From a virus: a DNA stretch of 64,000 bases. Of the stretch, positions 35,065 through 44,094 are shown piece after piece (within the stretch, counting starts at the first letter, position 1; each line of letters starts with the position of its first letter). A program made the translations under genes and the position numbers. The stretch is from IMG/VR virus record IMGVR_UViG_3300021961_000025; one strand, 5' to 3'. The notes beneath the pieces are model-generated. The model saw only the letters and a list, made by a program, of their open reading frames with translations, had not been told where the DNA came from and did not search any database.

Positions 35065-35502
35065 CTATGCTAATCCTAATTCGTTTTCTGTAAGAACTAT
35101 AAACTGATACCCTCTATCTTCAGCGTATTTACGAGCAAACTCCCATTTCGCTTGGTTTATTACGTAATCCTTTGCTTCATTTAGGTATCTAACAGTCCTT
35201 CTTCCAGGAAAAATAGGTGGTTTTGTTTGATTAAATGGTTTAATTTCTACTAAATAAGTCTTGAGTAGTCCATCTTTATCACGGACTTGTATTTGAAAGT
35301 CTACGAAATAACGATGTATACGATTGTCGATCGGTGACCGATAAGGTATAATCGTCTCTTCGGACTTCCAACTTATAACAGATGAGGTTCTGTCGCACCA
35401 GTTTGCAAATCTGGTCTCCCACGAACTTCGCATTATAATACTAGTAGGATCCCCTTTATATTTTTCAGGGAACATGGGTTTATATTTTCGTTTATGATAC
35501 AT
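35065..35502 (-). CDS. 4: Head completion nuclease gp4
   Basis: KYKGDP..I..RSSWE, HRYFVDF, VEIKP, NQAKW..A. Confidence 0.93.
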   Translation of the reverse strand: MYHKRKYKPMFPEKYKGDPTSIIMRSSWETRFANWCDRTSSVISWKSEETIIPYRSPIDNRIHRYFVDFQIQVRDKDGLLKTYLVEIKPFNQTKPPIFPGRRTVRYLNEAKDYVINQAKWEFARKYAEDRGYQFIVLTENELGLA

Positions 35503-35589
35503 CGCCTAAATAATCTATGTAGTTAAGAAAAAACAATTCGCATTCTATTTAGTTCATGCGTAAACATATTTAGTAGGAATAACTAACAA
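35503..35589. promoter_or_regulatory. Divergent late promoter region
   Basis: CTAAATA on + (35506) and on - (35546-35552, 35567-35573) between divergent structural operons. Confidence 0.7.
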
Positions 35590-36762
35590 ATGGCATTTCT
35601 AGATCCAATTTCAGACGCTAACATCGGCAATACCTCTTCAGGTAGTGCAGCAGAATCATATAAACCAGAGGAACATACGTATCCTTCGGATTTGCTAGGT
35701 GTAGGTGAAAATGGAGTTAATCAATATGGTAACAACTATGTTATGTTCTATATTAATGTTCAAGAAGATTCTAAGTTAGTTAGAGACAATCCTGGATCTA
35801 CAATTCCGAATGTAACAAGTCGAGTTGGTAGAGATCTAAATGGAAGAGGATATACGAATGCAGCAGTTATCGGAGCAAATACTGGCGCAAGTTTAATAGC
35901 TGGTACTTTTATTGGTGATGCTTTAGGAGTTCGAGGTGGTGGACCAATTGGAGCAGCAATAGGATTTGGAACAAGTACTTATCTATCTGATATGACTGCA
36001 TCAGATGTTACAAATGGTTTAGACACTGCCAGTGCAGCAGCACAAAGAGAATTTAGTAAGCCACTTAAAAGACTTAAAACAGCAATCGCATTACACTTAC
36101 CAAATAACTGGGCTATTCGTTACGGTGTTAATTACGAAGATACCGATACAATGGGTGCACAAGCAATGATGGCAGGTGGTACTGCTCTTGTTAATGCTGG
36201 GGTAAATACTGTCGGTGCATTTTCTGAGGGTGGTATAACTGGAGCAGCATCATCTCTTGGTAGAGATTTAGCTAGAGATCTTGGACCAATTGCAGCATCT
36301 GCAGGACTTGCAGCAAGTCCATTAGGAGATTCTTTATCTGCTCTTTCTGGTGTCGCATCAAACCCTAAAAAAGAACAAGTGTTCAAAGGTGTTGATTTTA
36401 GATCATTCACTTTTGATTATCAGTTTTATCCTCGTGATTTAACAGAAACAGACAACGTTAAAAGAATTATAGACGAATTCAAGTACCATATGCATCCTGA
36501 GTTTAAAGATGCTAGTGGTTTCTTATTTACTTATCCATCTGAATTTGATATTTACTATTATGCAGGTGGAAACGAAAACGATTATGTGCATAGACACACA
36601 GCTTGTGTATTAACATCAATGAACGTAAACTATTCTCCACAAGGACAGTTTACTTCTTTTGCTAATGGTGCACCTACTCAAATCAACTTAACGCTTGAGT
36701 TTAAAGAACTTACAATTATGACTAGAGAAACTTTAGCAGCAACTGGTGAGGTAGTTAAATAA
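35590..36762 (+). CDS. 48: Baseplate tail tube cap gp48
   Basis: NPKKEQVFKGVDFRSFTF.Y.F.P, YPSEF.I, CVLTSM.VNY. Confidence 0.88.
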   Translation: MAFLDPISDANIGNTSSGSAAESYKPEEHTYPSDLLGVGENGVNQYGNNYVMFYINVQEDSKLVRDNPGSTIPNVTSRVGRDLNGRGYTNAAVIGANTGASLIAGTFIGDALGVRGGGPIGAAIGFGTSTYLSDMTASDVTNGLDTASAAAQREFSKPLKRLKTAIALHLPNNWAIRYGVNYEDTDTMGAQAMMAGGTALVNAGVNTVGAFSEGGITGAASSLGRDLARDLGPIAASAGLAASPLGDSLSALSGVASNPKKEQVFKGVDFRSFTFDYQFYPRDLTETDNVKRIIDEFKYHMHPEFKDASGFLFTYPSEFDIYYYAGGNENDYVHRHTACVLTSMNVNYSPQGQFTSFANGAPTQINLTLEFKELTIMTRETLAATGEVVK

Positions 36763-37253
36763 TGGCTTACTTCCAAAAATTCCCTAAGATTTATTATCAG
36801 TTAAAAGAAAACAATAAAGATGTATTGAAAGTTTTATCTGATATTACTACAAATGTTAGAGTTAAAAAGCAAGCACTTTCTGGCTTAACAATGTGGCAAT
36901 ACTACGATATGAAAGATGGTGAAACACCAGAAATCGTAGCAGAAAAGTTTTATAAGAATGCAGAACTACACTGGGTAATTATGTTAGTTAATGATCGTTA
37001 TGATGTTTATAATGATTTTCCTTTAACAGCTACAAACTTAGAATCACTTATTATTAGTAAGTATACTAATCCTAGTGCAACAAAGCATTATGTTAAAGAT
37101 GGTCTTGTTGTTGATTCATCAACACAAGGTGCTATTCCATTAAGTTATAGAGATTGGGAAATAGCAGAGAACGAGAAAAAAAGAAGAATTAAAATGGTTG
37201 AGCCAAATTTAGTATTTGGATTATTGGAACAATTTGATAGATTGATTAAGTAG
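36762..37253 (+). CDS. 53: Baseplate wedge gp53
   Basis: YFQKFP.I.Y, GETPE.VA...Y....LHWVI...N, E..ENEKKR.IK. Confidence 0.9.
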   Translation: MAYFQKFPKIYYQLKENNKDVLKVLSDITTNVRVKKQALSGLTMWQYYDMKDGETPEIVAEKFYKNAELHWVIMLVNDRYDVYNDFPLTATNLESLIISKYTNPSATKHYVKDGLVVDSSTQGAIPLSYRDWEIAENEKKRRIKMVEPNLVFGLLEQFDRLIK

Positions 37254-37254
37254 T

Positions 37255-38538
37255 ATGCCTAGTAATTTACGATTTGCAGGAGACGTCTCAGTTTCCCAGC
37301 TAGAAATAGTTGGTAAAAAAGGTAAAGTAGACGTTCGAATGCTAATGATGAATATGACGATCTTTGAGGATCTATTCTCTCCTTTTATATCAGGGAATAT
37401 CGTTCTTAATGAATCGTTAGATTTAATTAATCAACTCCCACTTATCGGTGAAGAGTATCTGGAGATGCACGTCTATACTCCAGGATTCGAAGGATCCCCA
37501 GAAAAAGAATTCAAAGGTAGATATTACGTCTACAAACTATCAGAACGTATGAGTGCAAATGATCGTTCTGTTGCCTACACACTTCATTTTATTTCTACTG
37601 AAGCAATTAAAGATGTAAACTTAAGATTACGTTCGGCACAATCTGGCTATTGTCACGATATTATTAAAAGAATTTTAGTTGAAGATCCAATAGGACTTAC
37701 TTCAATTAAATCAGTAAACATTGAAGATACTGCAAATGGTATTAAGTTTGTTGCTAATGATTGGAGTCCTGTTGACTGTATACAATACACTTGTGCACAA
37801 TCAGTAAGTAAAAGAAACATTGGTTCATTTTTATTCTTTGAAAACAGAGATGGATTTAACTTCCTATCATTAAACACTTTGTATCGTCAATCAACTATGC
37901 AAAGTTTTATTCAAGATAACTATCGTCGTGATATTGATAGTCAAGGTAAAGGTAGTCGTAATCCAAACGAAGATTATAAACGTGTTACGAATATGCTAAT
38001 TCCAGAGGGATTTAATTTTATTGAACGTATTAATATGGGTATGTATAGATCTAATTTAACCTCTTATGACTTCGTAACGAAAAGATTTAAAACATTTAAG
38101 TATGATGGTTATACTAACTTTAATGCTTATCCTCATTTAAATAACTTTCCATTAATGAGTGGTAATGCCTTAGCAACAGCAGAGGCAGCACACTTTAATA
38201 ACTTTACTCATTATGGTTTACACAATGGTTATGGCGATACTTCTAATACGCCATTCTATTTACAAAGAAGAAGTTTATTAGCACAAGCTGAAGCATTTAG
38301 AGTAGAAATTACTGTTCCAGGAAGAACAGATTATACTGTCGGTAAAGTAGTTGATTTAACAACTTATCGTGCACAGCCAGTTAGTAATCGTCCTGGAGAA
38401 AATGCAGAAGATGTTGATCCAACTATTTCAGGTAAGTATATGGTTGGTACAGTAACTCATCGAATTAATGCGAAAGAACATACTTGCGTAATGCAACTAA
38501 TTAAAGATTCATATGTAACTGACGTGGAGAATTTATAA
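37255..38538 (+). CDS. Baseplate hub protein (gp27-like)
   Basis: IFEDLFSPFISG, LPLIGEE, FLFFENRDGFNF, SGKY.V; lies between gp53 and gp5. Confidence 0.75.
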   Translation: MPSNLRFAGDVSVSQLEIVGKKGKVDVRMLMMNMTIFEDLFSPFISGNIVLNESLDLINQLPLIGEEYLEMHVYTPGFEGSPEKEFKGRYYVYKLSERMSANDRSVAYTLHFISTEAIKDVNLRLRSAQSGYCHDIIKRILVEDPIGLTSIKSVNIEDTANGIKFVANDWSPVDCIQYTCAQSVSKRNIGSFLFFENRDGFNFLSLNTLYRQSTMQSFIQDNYRRDIDSQGKGSRNPNEDYKRVTNMLIPEGFNFIERINMGMYRSNLTSYDFVTKRFKTFKYDGYTNFNAYPHLNNFPLMSGNALATAEAAHFNNFTHYGLHNGYGDTSNTPFYLQRRSLLAQAEAFRVEITVPGRTDYTVGKVVDLTTYRAQPVSNRPGENAEDVDPTISGKYMVGTVTHRINAKEHTCVMQLIKDSYVTDVENL

Positions 38539-38539
38539 T

Positions 38540-41005
38540 ATGATGTTATATACAGGTAAAGTAGAAAACAGAAACGATCCTCTTAAACTTGGTAGATGTC
38601 AAGTTCGAGTAATGGGAGTTCACACTTCTGATGCTTCGGTATTACCAACTCACGATCTTCCATGGTCACATCCAGTAAACCCTGTTGCCTCAAGTTCAGT
38701 AGGTGGCGTGGGTATTTCAAGTACAGGTATTCAAGAAGGAAGTATTGTTATTGTTTGGTTTGCTGATGGCGATAAGAGTCAACAGCTACCAATTATTCTA
38801 GGATCTGTTGCTGGTATTCCTCAAGATGATTCAGCAAATCCTTTATCAGTTCAACAAAGCGAAATTACCTTTGATGAAAATACACAACAGGCTGTAATTC
38901 CTAACGTTCCTGAACCAGATGTTACTGGAGAGCCAGCAGATCTTAACAATCAATTAACAGGTGCAAGACCAGCAAGAACATTTACTTTGTCTGATGCTGG
39001 TGTAAATTTAATTAAACAATTCGAAGGATTTAGTGCAACTGCTTATGTTGACAACACACAATATTCTATCGGTTATGGTTCTGGTACTTGGAGAGGACAA
39101 CCTGTCACTCCATCATATCCTGGAACAGTAACTGAGGCAGAGGCTGCACAAGAATTAAAATCATTAGCTGAAAAAACTTTTGGTTCAGCAGTTAAACGTA
39201 ATGTTCGTGCATTAATTACACAACAAATGTATGATGCGATGGTTTCGCTTTCATACAATATTGGTACAGGTGGCTTTGGTCGTTCAACTGTTGTCGCTGA
39301 AATTAATAGACAAAATTATGAAGCATCTGCGTCTGCATTTAATATGTGGAACAAATCTGCTGGTAACGTTTTACCTGCATTAGTTCGTAGACGTAGAGCC
39401 GAAGAACAATTTTTCTTAAGTGGTGGTATACCAAACGGATCTGGTGATACAGTTCCTGCTGCTGGTTATGAAGGTAATACTGGAAACACAGCTGTAGGTG
39501 ATGCAGCACCAGATGGTGGAATTATTGGTAATCCTACTTCAGTTCAATCAGGTAACTATGGTGCAAGTACTGGAGTTCCAAGTTATTTTAATGAACCAGA
39601 TACCAACCGACTAGCAAGACACGAAGATATTGATAAGACTTCTGTCTATCAAAAAGAAGCAGGACGTTGGAGAGGTGCAGAAAGATTTGATGGAACAACT
39701 TGGAATCAACCTGAGATTCCTTACAACTCAGATTATCCATTTAATAAAGTAACTGCGACAGAATCAGGACACGTATTCGAATTAGACGATACACCTCGTG
39801 CTGAACGTATTAATTTATATCATCGTACAGGTTCATACTATGAAATCGATCACAATGGTACTCAAATAAATCGAACAGTTGGAGATCGTTATGACTTCAA
39901 CGAAAGAAATCACTATGAAGCATTACATGGTTCTAAGATTATGTATGTTGAGGGTGAAGTCGATGTTGTAGTTAAGAATGGCGCAAAATTAAATATTCAA
40001 GGACAATGTGATATCGTTGTCAACGGAAACGCTAACGTAACTGTTGGTGGAAATATGGATGCTCGTGTGCAAGGTAATACCGATTTACAAGTCGGTGGTG
40101 ATATGAGCACAGCAGTTAAGGGAGATTATAGAGTTCGTGCTGATAGTATTTACTTAGAGGCAAGAGGAACATACAACGTTAATGGTGATGCTGGAGTTAA
40201 AATTGATGGCTCTAGAATTGACATTGGTAATGGTGCTCCAAGAACTGGACTTGGTACTCCTGTAATTGACGTTGACGCAAAAGATAACGAAATGCCAGAG
40301 TTTACTCCATTGATTGTTAACTCACGTAGCGCAAGACAAAGAGAATCGTATGAGGTTCCAGAAGAGGGTAACTCTACACCATTCAGAGACTTTAACGTTA
40401 ATCGTGGCTTGTATGATGCTGATGAATTAGATCAAGGAACAATTAGTAATCAATCTAATCCTGTGGCTAATGCAGAAACACAAGAAGTCGTTCAAAGTTG
40501 TGATGTTATCTACAATATGGATAACTTTGCAAATAGTTTACAACTTTCTTCGCACTTCCAGTTAGGTGCGTTTACGAAAAACGGATCACGTCCACCTGTC
40601 AATCAACAGGGATTAACTAAACAACAAATAGTTTGTAATCTAAAAGGACTTTCTGAGAATATACTTGAACACGTATTATCATTATATCCTAATATGACAA
40701 TTACCTCTGGCTTTAGACGTCCAGGAGATGTAGCGAATTCTTCTAGAACATCACAGCATTATCTTGGTCAAGCAGTTGATATTGTATTGTCAGGTTTTAC
40801 TAGACAACAGCACTTTGATGCTGCTGCAAGATTAGTTGAAACTTTACCTGCTGGATTTGATCAGGTTATTTTAGAATATGCTGGAACGAGAACAGTATGG
40901 ATTCACCTAAGTTGGAAATACGATGGTAATCGTAAATCTTTCTTTACGATGAGAGACCATAGAACTGTTGCTCAGAACTTTGCTTATATTGCGGAAACTG
41001 CTTAA
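38540..41005 (+). CDS. 5: Baseplate spike gp5 with lysozyme and C-terminal M15 peptidase domains
   Basis: OB-fold DPLKLGRCQVRV; GH24-type IKQFEG..IGYG..RRR.E; ESGHVFELDDTP beta-helix; ITSGFR..SQH..GQAVD..WIH. Confidence 0.92.
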   Translation: MMLYTGKVENRNDPLKLGRCQVRVMGVHTSDASVLPTHDLPWSHPVNPVASSSVGGVGISSTGIQEGSIVIVWFADGDKSQQLPIILGSVAGIPQDDSANPLSVQQSEITFDENTQQAVIPNVPEPDVTGEPADLNNQLTGARPARTFTLSDAGVNLIKQFEGFSATAYVDNTQYSIGYGSGTWRGQPVTPSYPGTVTEAEAAQELKSLAEKTFGSAVKRNVRALITQQMYDAMVSLSYNIGTGGFGRSTVVAEINRQNYEASASAFNMWNKSAGNVLPALVRRRRAEEQFFLSGGIPNGSGDTVPAAGYEGNTGNTAVGDAAPDGGIIGNPTSVQSGNYGASTGVPSYFNEPDTNRLARHEDIDKTSVYQKEAGRWRGAERFDGTTWNQPEIPYNSDYPFNKVTATESGHVFELDDTPRAERINLYHRTGSYYEIDHNGTQINRTVGDRYDFNERNHYEALHGSKIMYVEGEVDVVVKNGAKLNIQGQCDIVVNGNANVTVGGNMDARVQGNTDLQVGGDMSTAVKGDYRVRADSIYLEARGTYNVNGDAGVKIDGSRIDIGNGAPRTGLGTPVIDVDAKDNEMPEFTPLIVNSRSARQRESYEVPEEGNSTPFRDFNVNRGLYDADELDQGTISNQSNPVANAETQEVVQSCDVIYNMDNFANSLQLSSHFQLGAFTKNGSRPPVNQQGLTKQQIVCNLKGLSENILEHVLSLYPNMTITSGFRRPGDVANSSRTSQHYLGQAVDIVLSGFTRQQHFDAAARLVETLPAGFDQVILEYAGTRTVWIHLSWKYDGNRKSFFTMRDHRTVAQNFAYIAETA

Positions 41006-41538
41006 TGGCTGTCGTTGTAAGTATAAGCGAAACTGGATTTCCTGGAGTAGCTGATCCTGGAAGTCATGGCTTATATAACTTTAGTCCAGTAAGAGAATAT
41101 CTTGATAAAACTTGGGTTGGAACAGCAACTTTATCCTCTACGATCGTTGGTGGTAGCCTAAATATAACTGATATTAGTATTAGTCCATACTCTGAAATGG
41201 TGACTTATACTATTAATGGGAATAGCGTATCGATTGAAGGAGAGTTTGTAGAGATCTTTTTAAATAAGAAGTGGGACTTTCGTATGTTAAATGGAACTAT
41301 CCAAACAGACGTAAATCTCAATACTCTTAAAGACGAGTTTGGTGTTATCTATTATACACCTGATTCTTTGACACATAAAACTATAACCTATACTATAAAT
41401 TATAGCGAAACCGATCCATTAGCTGGATCAACGAGTGGCTCAGTTTCTATTACACAATCGATTGTTAATGATTGGGATACTGGAAAAGAACTACTTGCGT
41501 CTTATGTTAATAAAAGTATTGTAAACGAGATAAAATAA
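41005..41538 (+). CDS. Hypothetical baseplate-region protein
   Basis: Coupled between gp5 and PAAR. Confidence 0.65.
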   Translation: MAVVVSISETGFPGVADPGSHGLYNFSPVREYLDKTWVGTATLSSTIVGGSLNITDISISPYSEMVTYTINGNSVSIEGEFVEIFLNKKWDFRMLNGTIQTDVNLNTLKDEFGVIYYTPDSLTHKTITYTINYSETDPLAGSTSGSVSITQSIVNDWDTGKELLASYVNKSIVNEIK

Positions 41539-41837
41539 TGCCAGCTACTGCAATTAAACAAGGACAATCTACTGGGCACGGATGTTTTCCTCCGACTGCT
41601 GCGATTGGTGCTTTTGCAGTTAAAACCTTTGTTACTGGTAAGGAATGTCAACTCACTGGCGTAACGACTTATCAATCTCATAGCTGTGGAACAACAACCC
41701 ATAGTGGAGGAGCGAGAAAGGTTAGTTCTGGTAGCAGTATAGTATTCATAGAGGGCAAACCTGCAGTCCGTATTGGCGATAGTATTGCTTGTGGTGATAA
41801 AGTTGCAGGTGGTAATCCAAAAGTCTTTATGGGATGA
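41538..41837 (+). CDS. PAAR-repeat spike tip (gp5.4-like)
   Basis: GHGCFPP, H.C...H, VFIEGKPAVRIGD...CG. Confidence 0.9.
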   Translation: MPATAIKQGQSTGHGCFPPTAAIGAFAVKTFVTGKECQLTGVTTYQSHSCGTTTHSGGARKVSSGSSIVFIEGKPAVRIGDSIACGDKVAGGNPKVFMG

Positions 41838-41849
41838 CTAAATAATTAG

Positions 41850-42242
41850 ATGGCAAACACAACACGTATATTTAAAGATCTCGACTTAATGTTTACTGCT
41901 CACCCAGTAACTGGAGACGTCGCACGTAAATATGACGAGAATGCCATTAAACAGGCAGTTAAGAATTTAATTCTTACACAGAATTACGAGCGTCCTTTTC
42001 ATAGCGAAATAGGATCTCAAGTAAGAGCATTGCTATTCGAAAACGCAACACCGATGACGAAAGCATTGCTAAAGAAAACGATTACGGATGTAATTAATAA
42101 CTTTGAACCAAGAGTAAATTTACTAGATGTGGGAGTGCAGTTTTTAGAGGACAGAAACGCAGTTAATATTGAGATTTTATTTAAGATTAAAAATACCTTT
42201 ACTCCACTAACAGTTAATCTTGTCCTAGAGAGAACACGATAA
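41850..42242 (+). CDS. 25: Baseplate wedge gp25
   Basis: AIKQAVKNLILT..YERPF..EIGS, FEPRV. Confidence 0.92.
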   Translation: MANTTRIFKDLDLMFTAHPVTGDVARKYDENAIKQAVKNLILTQNYERPFHSEIGSQVRALLFENATPMTKALLKKTITDVINNFEPRVNLLDVGVQFLEDRNAVNIEILFKIKNTFTPLTVNLVLERTR

Positions 42243-44092
42243 TGGCAACTGATAACAAAAGAATAAAAGTTACAGAATTAGACTTTGATCAAATTAAGTC
42301 TAATCTAAAAAACTATTTAAAGGCACAAAATCAATTTAGCGATTATGATTTTGAAGGCTCTGGTATGTCTGTATTATTAGACGTCCTAGCTTACAACACA
42401 CACTATAATGCGTTGTATCATAATATGACAGTAAACGAAATGTTCCTTGATTCTGCTGTTAAACGTTCAAGCGTAGTATCTCTTGCCAAGATGCTAGGTT
42501 ATACTCCTCGTTCTGCTCGTGCTCCTCGTGCAACTCTAAGTATTACTGCATCAAGCGTACCAAACAATCCTAACATTTTAACTCTACCACGTGGCTCTTC
42601 TTTTAGAACTACTGTGGATGGAGTCAATTATATTTTCAATACTGATACACCTTACAGCGTTACTCGTTCTGCTACTAATACTTACGTATTTAATAACGTA
42701 GAAATTATTGAAGGAACTTTAGTATTAAACAAATATACTGTTTCTGCTGCAGCACAATATATCGTTGATAACGCTAACGCAGATTTATCTACTCTTAAAG
42801 TAGTTGTTCAAGAAGATCCAAACTCTTCATCAGTTGTAACTTATATTTCTGATATTGGTTTAACTGAAATCAAACCAGAAACTCGTGCATTCTTTATTAA
42901 AGAAGTTGACGAGAATAAATTTGAAATTTATTTTGGTGATGGTCTTGTTGGATATAAACCACCTAATGGTGCAATCGTATCTTTAGAATATGTTGTAACA
43001 AATAAAGGTAATGGAAACCAAGCAAGAATCTTTACTTACACAGGAAGTGCTTTTGGTTCTGGTGCTAACGTAAACATTACAACTGTATCTCGTGCACAAG
43101 GTGGACAAGATGAAGAAGGAATTGATTCAATTAAATATAATGCATCAAGAAGTTATGCTGCACAAAACAGAGCAGTAACTGCTGATGACTATAAAGTTAT
43201 TCTACCAAAACTCTTTAGTAATATTGAAGCCATTTCAGTTTGGGGTGGAGAAGAAAACGATCCACCAATTTATGGTAAAGCATATATTTGTGTCAAGCCA
43301 ATTAGTGGCGCAACCCTAACAAACGACACAAAAGAAAAAATTAAAAACAATCTATTAAAATCAAAGAACGTCGTTTCTATTTTACCTGAAATAGTCGATC
43401 CTGACTATCTAAGTATTATAGTTGATTCAACAGTTTATTATAACTCGTCTGCAACTTCTAGATCTGCAGCAAGTATCAAAGCGATCGCAGTTGATATTAT
43501 TAAGCGTTATAATCAAGAAACATTAAATAAGTTTGACTCTGTATTTCGTCATTCTCGTTTAGTGCGTGACATCGATGGTGCTGAGGAGAGTATTGTTTCG
43601 AACGTCACAAAAATTGATTTGCGCTATGAAGTTACACCAAACTTTAACACTGTGTCAAAATATAGGGTGTCTTTGAACAACCCAATCTACCACGAAGCAA
43701 GTTCGGTGATCAACTCATATGTCGCAATTACATCATCTGGCTTTAAAATATCTGGTAATACTAATACATTCTTCTTAGAAGATAATAGTGTTGGTCAGAT
43801 TCGTATGTTCTATTTGACTGCAGGAAATGAAAAGATTTACAATCCAACTTCTGTTGGAACTGTAAATTATGCAAATGGAATTATTGAATTAAACAATCTA
43901 TCAATCTCTTCAGGTAATGCTGATGGTAAAATAGTATTATTTATTGAGCCAGCATCTTATGATGTTGTTTCTGTGAGAAATCAATTAACTAATATTCGTG
44001 AACAGGATATTGTAGTTAATGTTATTGCTGATAGAGTTGCGAGTGGAGAAAGTCCATCTGGTAACGAATACATCCATACTGTAAGTAGGTAA
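42242..44092 (+). CDS. 6: Baseplate wedge gp6
   Basis: LDFDQIK, FSDYDFEGSG, LAYNTHY, QNRAVTADDY. Confidence 0.95.
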   Translation: MATDNKRIKVTELDFDQIKSNLKNYLKAQNQFSDYDFEGSGMSVLLDVLAYNTHYNALYHNMTVNEMFLDSAVKRSSVVSLAKMLGYTPRSARAPRATLSITASSVPNNPNILTLPRGSSFRTTVDGVNYIFNTDTPYSVTRSATNTYVFNNVEIIEGTLVLNKYTVSAAAQYIVDNANADLSTLKVVVQEDPNSSSVVTYISDIGLTEIKPETRAFFIKEVDENKFEIYFGDGLVGYKPPNGAIVSLEYVVTNKGNGNQARIFTYTGSAFGSGANVNITTVSRAQGGQDEEGIDSIKYNASRSYAAQNRAVTADDYKVILPKLFSNIEAISVWGGEENDPPIYGKAYICVKPISGATLTNDTKEKIKNNLLKSKNVVSILPEIVDPDYLSIIVDSTVYYNSSATSRSAASIKAIAVDIIKRYNQETLNKFDSVFRHSRLVRDIDGAEESIVSNVTKIDLRYEVTPNFNTVSKYRVSLNNPIYHEASSVINSYVAITSSGFKISGNTNTFFLEDNSVGQIRMFYLTAGNEKIYNPTSVGTVNYANGIIELNNLSISSGNADGKIVLFIEPASYDVVSVRNQLTNIREQDIVVNVIADRVASGESPSGNEYIHTVSR

Positions 44093-44094
44093 CA

